Origin: a virus
Virus record (IMG/VR): IMGVR_UViG_3300017593_000402
Coordinates: 73,044 to 137,043 of that record
Direction: 5' to 3' (one strand)
DNA: 64,000 nucleotides
Part shown: positions 56,183-64,000 of the stretch, in pieces
Layout: each line of letters starts with the position of its first letter
How positions within the stretch are numbered: the first letter of the stretch is position 1
Made by a program: the position numbers and the translations under genes
Notes under the pieces: model-generated
Database searches by the model: none
What the model was told of the DNA's origin: nothing
What the model saw: the letters and a program-made list of their open reading frames with translations, nothing else

Positions 56183-57611
56183 AGTTTACAACTTTGATGA
56201 TGTTCCTACTATTAGAAAGTTTTATCTTTCTAATAAGAAAATTAGGGCAATTGTAGGGCCTTATGGTTCTGGTAAGTCAAGTGGCTGTGTTATTACTTTA
56301 CTAAAAATAGCGACTGAACAACAACCTGACCCAGAAGGAGTCCGTTATACTCGGTTTGTTATAATAAGAAACACCTACCGCCAACTGAAGGACACTACTA
56401 AGAAAACTATAGATGAATGGTTGTCTTTTGCAGAATGGAAAGAATCAGAACATAAGTATATTATCCACGTTCGTCAACAGGATGGTACAATTGTTCATTC
56501 TGAATGGTTACTTCGAGCTTTGGATAGACCCGAACACGTGGCCAATCTTCTATCCTTGGAGGTAACAGCAGGCTGGATAAATGAAGCAAGAGAAATTCCA
56601 AAAGAAATATTTGATAATTTAGAATCTCGCCTTAGGTATCCTCCTACTGTTAGGGATAGTAAAGGAAACGTCATTTATGGGCCTACTTGGACAGGCATTC
56701 TTTTAGATACAAACCCTCCAGATACGGATCATTGGTTTTACAAATATTTCGAGGAAGACCGCCCAAAGAAAGCAGAAATATTTCACCAACCCTCTGGTTT
56801 GTCTCCTAATGCAGAAAATTTGAATAATTTGCCTTCCAACTATTATGAAGACTTAATGGAAGGAAAAGACTCTGAGTGGATTGATGTTTATATTCATGGC
56901 AAATATGGTTCTTTGCGAGAAGGAATGCCTGTATTTACAATGTACAACGATAAGATACATTGTGCCAAAGAACCTTTAGCTCCTGTTCCAGGATTGAATT
57001 ATTTAATAATAGGTATGGATTTTGGGTTAACTCCTGCTGCTGCTATTACACAACAACCGCCAGGGCGGTTATTGGTTTTAGACGAGGTAGTGTCTTTTGA
57101 ACCAATTGATGTTGGGGAATTCACTCGAATGTTTTTGATACCTTTTTTGTCTTCTGAGAAATATAAGTTTAAGCATTATATTATAATAGGTGATCCTGCT
57201 GGAAATACCAGGTCTCAGAACGATGGAAGGACCTGTTTTCAGATTTTAAATCAGTTTGGGATTAGGGCTTATCCTGCTTATTCTAATTCTCTTCAACTAA
57301 GACTTAATGCGGTAAATCAGTATTTGTCTAAAATAGACCCTACTTCTGGGGACGAGCTTAAGCCTGCTTTTTTGTTATCGCCTACTTGTACTGTTTTAAG
57401 AAAAGCCTTGAAATCTAAGTATAGATTAAAGAAAATAAGCATAGGTGGGGAGCGGTATACCAGCGTCCCTGTTAAAGACAAATACTCCCACGTGGTGGAT
57501 GCTCTTCAATATGCAGCTTTAGGGCATATACCTAATAGCGTAAATACTTTGTCAGATTTACCTGTTCGAGATACTTCAAGGACTAAGTTAGTAAGTGTAG
57601 GTTATTATTAA
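56169..57611 (+). CDS. Terminase large subunit
   Basis: GPYGSGKS, WINEARE, DTNPP, GMDFG, SHVVDALQY. Confidence 0.92.
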   Translation: MALHRVYNFDDVPTIRKFYLSNKKIRAIVGPYGSGKSSGCVITLLKIATEQQPDPEGVRYTRFVIIRNTYRQLKDTTKKTIDEWLSFAEWKESEHKYIIHVRQQDGTIVHSEWLLRALDRPEHVANLLSLEVTAGWINEAREIPKEIFDNLESRLRYPPTVRDSKGNVIYGPTWTGILLDTNPPDTDHWFYKYFEEDRPKKAEIFHQPSGLSPNAENLNNLPSNYYEDLMEGKDSEWIDVYIHGKYGSLREGMPVFTMYNDKIHCAKEPLAPVPGLNYLIIGMDFGLTPAAAITQQPPGRLLVLDEVVSFEPIDVGEFTRMFLIPFLSSEKYKFKHYIIIGDPAGNTRSQNDGRTCFQILNQFGIRAYPAYSNSLQLRLNAVNQYLSKIDPTSGDELKPAFLLSPTCTVLRKALKSKYRLKKISIGGERYTSVPVKDKYSHVVDALQYAALGHIPNSVNTLSDLPVRDTSRTKLVSVGYY

Positions 57612-57622
57612 GGAGCTGTGCT

Positions 57623-60600
57623 ATGGTTTCGTTTGTTCCTGTTAACCAAAATCCTACAAAAGCTCTGCCTAAGGACACTATTACCGAAATGGTGGAGCTT
57701 AAACCTCAAGATGAGTTTGTTCTGTCTAATTTAGCTCATTATGTTTTAAGTAAGTTTGAAGAAGCAAAAAGGGCTAAAGTTAAGGTAGAAAAAAGATTAA
57801 TAGATTGTTTGCGAAGATTTCAAAGTAAATACTCTCCAGAGAAATTAAGAGAAATAGAAGCTATTGATGCGCCTCCAATTTATATTCCTTTGACTTCGAT
57901 AAAAGTAAGAGCTTTAACTGCATGGTTGGTGGATGTTCTTTTTCAGACTCCTGACCTTCCTTATGATATAACTCCTACTCCCATCCCAGAATTGCCTATA
58001 GAAGTTCAAAATCTTTTAGCACGTAGGATTTACGAGACAATCCTTCCTATGATGGATTTACTTCCTTTTACAGAGCTTCAGTCTATGGCTTTGGATGCCA
58101 AAAGTTTGGCAGAGAAAGAAATTAAAATAGAAGTAGATAAATGGTCTAAAAAACTGGCGGAAGGATTTAAGAAAAAGCTAGACGATGTTTTTATTGAAGG
58201 AGGACTGCCAGAGGCTTTATCCGCAATGTGTGTGGACATTGCGATTTTTCCTACAGCTATAATTAAAGGCGGAATTCTGAGAAAAGAAAAAGGATATGTA
58301 AGGACCAAGTACGGTTTGGAGCCTAAGAACAAGGTTATTTATACTTTTAATAGAGTTTCTCCTTTCAACGCCTATCCTGCTCCTTATGCCAGTGGCTTTG
58401 AGAATTATTTTATAGAAATTATTCCTCTTCTTCCTGAAGACCTTTATAAATTAATAGGTATGCCTGGTTACAATGCAGAAGTTTTGATTGATGTTTTAGA
58501 TAGATACGAAAATGGGTACAGATTCCATCATTCTAATTATGGTTTAGAACGAGATGAGTTGGAAAGTAAAGATTTTGCTTCTTCATCTGATTATGAGTAT
58601 ATCGATATGTTGGAATTTTGGGGACCTGTTAAAGGTTCCATGTTAAGAGAATTTGGTGTTAGCGTTCCTAGTGATAACGAGTACTACGAAGCTACTGTTT
58701 GGGTAGTAGAAAACTATGTAGTCAAAGCCGTATTAAACGAAAATCCGTTAGGTCTAAAACCCTACGCTAAAGCTTCTTTTATAGACATTCCTGATTCTTT
58801 TTGGGGTCAAGCTCTTCCAGAAGTACTAGCTCCTATCCAAGACTCTGTTAATGCTTTTGCTAGAGCTATAGTAGTTAATTCTATATTGTCTTCTGGACCT
58901 ATGATAGAACGCAACATTGACAGGGTTGACCCTAGCCAGCCTAAGATGGTCATTCCCTGGCACATGTATGACGCCCATGATTCTGCTCTTAATTCTGCTC
59001 CTGCTTATAGGTTTTTTCAACCTCAATTAGTTGCTGATCGTATAGCTAACACTATGGCTTTTTATTTAAAGATGGCAGACGAGACGTGCGGTATACCAAG
59101 CTATGCTCATGGTGATATTACAGTTGGTGGAGCAGGTCGAGCTTTGGCAGATTACGAATTGGTCTTAACTGAGACTGGGGCTAAACCTATTTCCTCTATC
59201 AAAGTAGGAGATAAGGTAGCGGGTACCGATGGCAAGTTTTATGAAGTGTTAGGTGTTTATCCACAGAAAGGAGAGCGTTTAATCTATCGTGTGCATTTTA
59301 GCAATGGGTTTACAGTTGATTGCGATGCAGAACATTTGTGGACTGTCTCCAGTAAACCTTCTAGAAAGAATAGCTGGCAGACTCTGACTTTGACTGAATT
59401 ATTGAATGAAGGAATATTTAGACATGATAGTAATCGTAAGAGTAAGGGCTTAAGACCGAAGTGGGCTGTGCCTAAGATAAAACCAGTACAGTTTCCTGAG
59501 CGTGAAGTAAAGATAGACCCTTATACTTTGGGCGTAATCTTGGGAGACGGAGACAATCGAGGCAGGATTCATCTAAATACAGAAGACAGCGAGCATATAG
59601 TTAGTCAGTTGGCCTATAACGTAGGGAAGCCCAGTTATAACTCCGCTAAGACTGCTGTTTCTTATACAGTTAAAGGTGTAAGGAAGTGGTTAAAGTTCTA
59701 TGGTCTGGGAGGCACAACCGTAACTGATAAATTCATTCCAGAAGATTATCTGTTTAATACCGTAGATGCTCGATTGGCTTTGTTGCGTGGATTGATGGAT
59801 ACGGAAGGTTATGTTAACGAAGGAAGAGTGTTCTTGTCTTCTTCATCTAGAAAACTAATAGAACAGGTAAAATTTCTCGTTATTTCTCTTGGTGGTTGGG
59901 CAGGCGATATAATTGAATACCCCGAAAAAGACGAAGAAGTTAAAGGCCGTCCAATTCATAGAAAGAAGAATTATAGGTTCTATTTTTCTCTGAGTGAAAA
60001 CGTTTTCACTTTGCCTCGGAAGAAGAAAGCAGTAAAGAATGGGAAACGCTCTACACGGTTTGTTTATATTAGAGGAATACAATTGCTGAGCGAAGGCACT
60101 ACTACTTGTATAAAAGTTTCCAGTCCTGATCATTTGTTTTTGTGTGCTAATCTTATTCCAACACATAATACTGCAACAGGACTGTCAATGCTTACAAGTA
60201 ATGCTACTCGTGGTATTAAGGCAGTCTTAAGAAATATAGATAAGGGAATAATTGAACCGATTGTTAAACGCCAATATTATGCGTTGATCAAAGAGGCTAA
60301 TGTGACTGATATTCCTGATCTTAAAATTAGAACAAAAGGTGCGGTCTCTTTGTCTGAAAGAGAAATGGAAGCAACTAGAGCTTTGGAATTTCTTCGAGTG
60401 GTTAGTAATCCTCTCGACCAAGCGATGGTGCCTCCTGAAGGACGACGTTATCTTCTTACTTCTGCTGCAAAAGCTACTGGTTTTGATCCTGATAGAATAT
60501 TTGGTTATGAAGCTGATTTGCCGCAGATGCTTCGGCCTCTTATTGAGGAAACTCAAAGACAGTTTGCACAACAACAAAGTCCTTTAAATAGTCCGCAGAA

Positions 60601-60667
60601 CAAAGCTGTTCAGTTGGGAATGAATACGTCTAACTATGTGAACGAGAACGGGAGAGCTGCATTATGA
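57623..60667 (+). CDS. Portal protein interrupted by an intein (671 aa after splicing)
   Basis: Follows TerL; SFWGQAL, ADETCGIP, and GAGR|TATGLSML restored on intein removal. Confidence 0.85.
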   Translation: MVSFVPVNQNPTKALPKDTITEMVELKPQDEFVLSNLAHYVLSKFEEAKRAKVKVEKRLIDCLRRFQSKYSPEKLREIEAIDAPPIYIPLTSIKVRALTAWLVDVLFQTPDLPYDITPTPIPELPIEVQNLLARRIYETILPMMDLLPFTELQSMALDAKSLAEKEIKIEVDKWSKKLAEGFKKKLDDVFIEGGLPEALSAMCVDIAIFPTAIIKGGILRKEKGYVRTKYGLEPKNKVIYTFNRVSPFNAYPAPYASGFENYFIEIIPLLPEDLYKLIGMPGYNAEVLIDVLDRYENGYRFHHSNYGLERDELESKDFASSSDYEYIDMLEFWGPVKGSMLREFGVSVPSDNEYYEATVWVVENYVVKAVLNENPLGLKPYAKASFIDIPDSFWGQALPEVLAPIQDSVNAFARAIVVNSILSSGPMIERNIDRVDPSQPKMVIPWHMYDAHDSALNSAPAYRFFQPQLVADRIANTMAFYLKMADETCGIPSYAHGDITVGGAGRALADYELVLTETGAKPISSIKVGDKVAGTDGKFYEVLGVYPQKGERLIYRVHFSNGFTVDCDAEHLWTVSSKPSRKNSWQTLTLTELLNEGIFRHDSNRKSKGLRPKWAVPKIKPVQFPEREVKIDPYTLGVILGDGDNRGRIHLNTEDSEHIVSQLAYNVGKPSYNSAKTAVSYTVKGVRKWLKFYGLGGTTVTDKFIPEDYLFNTVDARLALLRGLMDTEGYVNEGRVFLSSSSRKLIEQVKFLVISLGGWAGDIIEYPEKDEEVKGRPIHRKKNYRFYFSLSENVFTLPRKKKAVKNGKRSTRFVYIRGIQLLSEGTTTCIKVSSPDHLFLCANLIPTHNTATGLSMLTSNATRGIKAVLRNIDKGIIEPIVKRQYYALIKEANVTDIPDLKIRTKGAVSLSEREMEATRALEFLRVVSNPLDQAMVPPEGRRYLLTSAAKATGFDPDRIFGYEADLPQMLRPLIEETQRQFAQQQSPLNSPQNKAVQLGMNTSNYVNENGRAAL
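59141..60169 (+). mobile_element. 343-aa intein with LAGLIDADG homing endonuclease; Ala1, class-3-type
   Basis: Starts ALADYE; block B CDAEHLW; LGVILGDG and LRGLMDTEG; block F TCIKV; ends THN before Thr+1. Confidence 0.9.
59995..60008. repeat. 14-bp palindrome inside the intein
   Basis: Exact copy. Confidence 0.95.
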
Positions 60668-60882
60668 AAGAGGTATTTAAAAGATTAAGAGCATCTAATC
60701 CAAATTTGTTTAAAGCTTTGAATGAATATTTTAGAAGGGAGCTGGAAAACACATTTATAAAGATGTTGGCTTGTGAGGAAAACAACCGTCTTCATTTTTT
60801 AAGAGGGATTGGAAGTGCTTATTTAAGAACCTTAAATGATATGATGGAAATAAAAGAAGAGAACACTAAAGTCAAAATCTAA
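60664..60882 (+). CDS. Small post-portal protein
   Basis: ATGA coupling; LHFLRG motif. Confidence 0.7.
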   Translation: MKEVFKRLRASNPNLFKALNEYFRRELENTFIKMLACEENNRLHFLRGIGSAYLRTLNDMMEIKEENTKVKI

Positions 60883-60899
60883 TTAAATGGAGGTGTGCT

Positions 60900-61289
60900 A
60901 TGGAAAATTTTGGTAGACAGCTTGTAGCAGAATTGGCTCCTTATTTCATTACTTTTATTGTAACTGTAGTTAGTTTGTTTTTAACTTTGGCGGTAACGTG
61001 GTTAAAGAACAGAATTCAGTCAGAGAAAGCAGAGAAAGCTATAGATATAGCAGAAAGTGCAGTTTATGATGTGGTTCAACACATGGAACAGACTGTTAGG
61101 CCTATGCTTTCGGATGGTAAGCTGGATGACCAGGAGCGACAGTTGATTAAGGTAAAAGCCTTGTCTAGGATAAAAGAAACATTAGGTCCGCAAGTTATAA
61201 AAGCTTTGACGTTGGTGACTAATGATGTTGAAAAGTATTTGGAAACCAAGTTGGAAGCTGCTGTACATAACACCAAAAACTTTAAATAA
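60900..61289 (+). CDS. Holin-like protein (single N-terminal TM)
   Basis: TM helix then AV..VEQ-like and LEAAV motifs resembling LL-H-type holins. Confidence 0.65.
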   Translation: MENFGRQLVAELAPYFITFIVTVVSLFLTLAVTWLKNRIQSEKAEKAIDIAESAVYDVVQHMEQTVRPMLSDGKLDDQERQLIKVKALSRIKETLGPQVIKALTLVTNDVEKYLETKLEAAVHNTKNFK

Positions 61290-61295
61290 GACGAG

Positions 61296-61309
61296 TGAAA
61301 ACGTTTTCA
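61296..61309. repeat. 14-bp palindrome, intergenic
   Basis: Exact copy just upstream of the next RBS. Confidence 0.95.
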
Positions 61310-61325
61310 CTTTTGAGGTTTTTAT

Positions 61326-61691
61326 ATGGAAGTAGCTGTGTGGGCAGGACCTGTTTTTAGTTTATTAGGAAGTTTAGCAGGATTGTCCTATTTTTGGGGT
61401 AAAGTTCGGCAAAGTTTAGAAGAACACGATAAGACTATAAGAGAAATAAAAGGGAGTCTTTATAAATCTAATGGTACAACTGTTTATATGTCGAGGTCAG
61501 AATGTATGGAGCAAAGAAACAGATGGGAGTCGTTTTTAGCACTTCAAATAAATGAAATAAAAAACATTGTTTCTGATTTACGAGCAGAAATGCTCAATAA
61601 TCATGCGGAACACACTAGGGAACTTAAGGCTGTAATGAAGTTTATGGGAAGAGTGGAAGAGCATTTGCTTAAGGAGAAAATAGATGCCTAA
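61326..61691 (+). CDS. Membrane-anchored coiled-coil protein
   Basis: N-terminal TM segment. Confidence 0.65.
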   Translation: MEVAVWAGPVFSLLGSLAGLSYFWGKVRQSLEEHDKTIREIKGSLYKSNGTTVYMSRSECMEQRNRWESFLALQINEIKNIVSDLRAEMLNNHAEHTRELKAVMKFMGRVEEHLLKEKIDA

Positions 61692-61860
61692 GGGGACAAA
61701 GGTAGAAAGATGTTATACTAAACTTCGTAAGAAAAGAATGAGCAAGGCTAGTGCAGCCAGAATTTGTCAAGCTGCTACTGGGCTTTCTTTAAAAACAGGA
61801 AAGCCTCCTAAATCTAAAAGAAGAAGGAGAAAAGGAAATGGCAAGAAGAAAAACAAGTAG
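61684..61860 (+). CDS. 58-aa highly basic protein (not in ORF track)
   Basis: MPKGTKVERCYTKLRKK...ICQAATG...KRRRRK; AAGGAG RBS. Confidence 0.65.
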   Translation: MPKGTKVERCYTKLRKKRMSKASAARICQAATGLSLKTGKPPKSKRRRRKGNGKKKNK

Positions 61861-62140
61861 GCGTAGTTCTAGTTTGGCTCGTAAAAGACCTGGAAGAACT
61901 CCTAAAGTTGGAGAGAAGGTTACAATCAAGGCCCCAGGCAAAAAACCTTTAACTTTTACTAAAGGCAAACTGCATCGTTTGTTGGGAGTACCCCAGGGAG
62001 AAAAAATTCCACAGTCTAAAGTCAGAGCTGCTTTGGCTGGGAAGTATGGCCCTGAAGCCAAAAAAGCTGCTGTATTTGCGTTTAAAGGTCCTTTGAAAAA
62101 AGGCAGACAGACAGCAGCTAGGCATAGAAAAAAGAAATAA
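61838..62140 (+). CDS. 100-aa highly basic protein
   Basis: K/R-rich; KGKLHRLLGVPQGEKIP motif. Confidence 0.7.
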   Translation: MARRKTSRRSSSLARKRPGRTPKVGEKVTIKAPGKKPLTFTKGKLHRLLGVPQGEKIPQSKVRAALAGKYGPEAKKAAVFAFKGPLKKGRQTAARHRKKK

Positions 62141-62151
62141 CCAAAAATTGT

Positions 62152-62181
62152 AAAGGGAAGGAGAAACATCTTCTTCCCTTT
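62152..62181 (+). terminator. Hairpin, possible terminator
   Basis: AAAGGGAAG...CTTCCCTTT. Confidence 0.45.
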
Positions 62182-62188
62182 AATAAGA

Positions 62189-62659
62189 ATGAGGTTTAGG
62201 CGGAGGCGGCCAATGGTTAATTGGAATGTTATCCCTAATAAAGTTTTTATAAGAGAAGAATTTGATGATCCGCATTATCCTGGGTCTGGAGATTTAATAG
62301 ACCCTCATTTAATTCACCAATTAGTAGCTTTAAGGCTTCATACTAATTGGCCTGTAGTGATCCATAGCAAGGTTGGTGGTGCGGTAGACGTAGATGGTAG
62401 CTGGGGCCATGCTCCTCATAGTTATCATCGAAAAGATATGGGATGTAAAGCAGTGGATTTCCATTTTATTACTGATGCTTCTCCTAGAGAGCAGGCATAT
62501 TATGTTTCGTTGTTCGCTTTTGGAGGAATAGGTTTTTATTTTGATTGGCATTGGAACGGTAAGCCTTTACCTGTCGGTTTTCATGTGGATACCCGCCCAA
62601 TTGATCGGTTTCAAATGTGGAAAAGAGAACATGGAAGATATGTTTATATGTTAAAGTAA
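62189..62659 (+). CDS. Peptidase M15-family endolysin
   Basis: SYH...AVDF, GIGFY, FHVDTR zinc motifs. Confidence 0.8.
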   Translation: MRFRRRRPMVNWNVIPNKVFIREEFDDPHYPGSGDLIDPHLIHQLVALRLHTNWPVVIHSKVGGAVDVDGSWGHAPHSYHRKDMGCKAVDFHFITDASPREQAYYVSLFAFGGIGFYFDWHWNGKPLPVGFHVDTRPIDRFQMWKREHGRYVYMLK

Positions 62660-62752
62660 GACCTGACTTGCAGGGCCTTAGGGAAGGCTGTCGTGGATAG
62701 GAGGAAGGCATAAAGTACAGTGGGCACCTTATGAGGAATAGGGAGGTGGAGA

Positions 62753-63295
62753 ATGGCAGAATTGCTCATTAAATCCAGTGATACAACAAATCCCGACCCA
62801 GTCAAAGACCTTCGAGGTTGCTACAAAAAGGGCGATGTTGTTGTTCGTAAGCCAGACGGATGGAAGTGGGGCAAGGAGGAGTTGAACAAGAACAAGTTCT
62901 ACATTTTGCGTGTGCCTGACAAAGAAGTCGATGAACTAGAGTTTTTGACAAAAGAAGATGAAATTGTGCTGGGAAATCGGTACATCGCTGAGTCTCCTGA
63001 ACTAGGAGTGATGGCAGAAGGTCCTGATGCAGATACAGCATCCAAGGCTTGCCAGGCCCTAGCCAACGCTGTTCTGAAGAGATTGCAAGATTACGGCCTA
63101 TCTCCCAGTTACCAAATCGTAACAAGAACAGAACCTATCAAACACGTTGTGGTTAGGCGCAGGCATAGGGTCAACATTGAAGATATCGAGGACATCCTGC
63201 GGAACGAGGTAGTTGCTGAAGTAACCAGTGACAAACTTAGCGTAACAGACAAACCTCAAAAAGTATCAGTAACATTAGCGGAGCTAGCTAAGTAA
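62753..63295 (+). CDS. Hypothetical phage protein (copy B of 4505-5047)
   Basis: 180 aa, colinear with copy A. Confidence 0.85.
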   Translation: MAELLIKSSDTTNPDPVKDLRGCYKKGDVVVRKPDGWKWGKEELNKNKFYILRVPDKEVDELEFLTKEDEIVLGNRYIAESPELGVMAEGPDADTASKACQALANAVLKRLQDYGLSPSYQIVTRTEPIKHVVVRRRHRVNIEDIEDILRNEVVAEVTSDKLSVTDKPQKVSVTLAELAK

Positions 63296-63296
63296 A

Positions 63297-64000
63297 ATGG
63301 CAACTGAAGTTGTAAAAACAGTCGACCCCAACAACAATGACGCTGATTACACTTCCTTGGCGTCTTGGGAAGCAGACTTCGGGAGTTGTACCCAAGTGAA
63401 TTATCCCTCTATGTCTGGAGACGGCGATCTTGTAGGAGCAGATTTGATTGCAGTTGCGGATTGTAGGTGCTCGACAGGGGATGCTGATACTGATTCAGTA
63501 ACTATTGATGGGTGGACTTCTGTAGACTCGGATCACTACATTAAGATTTGGACTGATCCAGACCAGGGGTACAGGCATCCAGGGAAATGGGATGACACAA
63601 AGTACAGGCTTGTGCTCTCCGAAGGAACTATTTTTGACATACAAGAAGAGTATGTGAGACTTATTGGCTTACAGATGAAAGGAACGAGATCGACAGGGTC
63701 TCAGTTGTTGATACATACATATTACACAAGCCGTTATCTGCGGGTCGAAAAATGTATCCTCTGTAGAGAGAATGCTGGTGGAACAGTAAATACTGGAATT
63801 GGTTGTGATAATTCTGCTGTACAAATTTATTTGGTCAATAATCTTTTTTATGACATACCTCAATATGCCATTCGTGGAAACGACTATTACTACTTATACA
63901 ACAATACTATTATCAACTGTGGTACTGGTGTAGATGGTGGATCATCAGGGTATTGCAGAGCTATCAACAACATTGTTGACTGTACTACTTGTTTTGTTGG
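63297..64000 (+). CDS. Copy B of 5049-7142, truncated by the window end
   Basis: MATEVVKTVDPNNNDADYTSLASWE...; one codon longer than copy A at the N terminus. Confidence 0.85.
   Translation, partial: MATEVVKTVDPNNNDADYTSLASWEADFGSCTQVNYPSMSGDGDLVGADLIAVADCRCSTGDADTDSVTIDGWTSVDSDHYIKIWTDPDQGYRHPGKWDDTKYRLVLSEGTIFDIQEEYVRLIGLQMKGTRSTGSQLLIHTYYTSRYLRVEKCILCRENAGGTVNTGIGCDNSAVQIYLVNNLFYDIPQYAIRGNDYYYLYNNTIINCGTGVDGGSSGYCRAINNIVDCTTCFV

Larger units (their letters stand above)
62753..64000 (+). repeat. Long direct repeat, copy B
   Basis: 63579-64000 is identical to 5328-5749. Confidence 0.95.

Noticed and set aside
62753-64000. Simple terminal direct repeat or circular assembly overlap
   Set aside because: The first ~825 bp are diverged and the upstream flanks are unrelated, so overlap alone cannot explain it.
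1-64000. Prophage integration module, tRNAs, or stop-codon reassignment
   Set aside because: No integrase, repressor or cloverleaf was recognised; TAA, TAG and TGA all end well-packed genes under the standard code.

Overview
The window is almost entirely tailed-phage DNA. Positions ~4505-62752 form one complete unit of about 58.25 kb of a podovirus-like genome: the offset between the identical copies 5328-5749 and 63579-64000 is 58,251 bp. It has a rightward virion module (scaffold, capsid, adaptor, tail and internal proteins, a 2590-aa polyvalent protein), a leftward replication module (UDG-PolA fusion, Cas4-like nuclease, RecA, SF2 helicase, SSB, primase, DnaB), and a rightward early/accessory region followed by TerL, an intein-containing portal and lysis genes. 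No integrase, tRNA or CRISPR array was seen. Positions 1-~4500 look like the tail/lysis end of a different phage that shares a two-gene module: CCGG occurs 12 times there, and a manual read found none afterwards. The most notable locus is a stand-alone Cas7/RAMP-like gene (53717-54328) followed directly by a ~263-bp non-coding array of ~50 NGY-NN pentamers grouped into 21/26-nt units, a candidate non-CRISPR RNA-guided system. Also notable: a 14-bp palindrome TGAAAACGTTTTCA seeded genome-wide and clustered at 50.96-51.24 kb, a class-3-type intein in the portal, a His-swivel dikinase-like gene paired with a CX5R phosphatase, repeated early promoter cassettes, and a candidate anti-Shine-Dalgarno sRNA. 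All calls come from motif recognition by eye; no searches were run.
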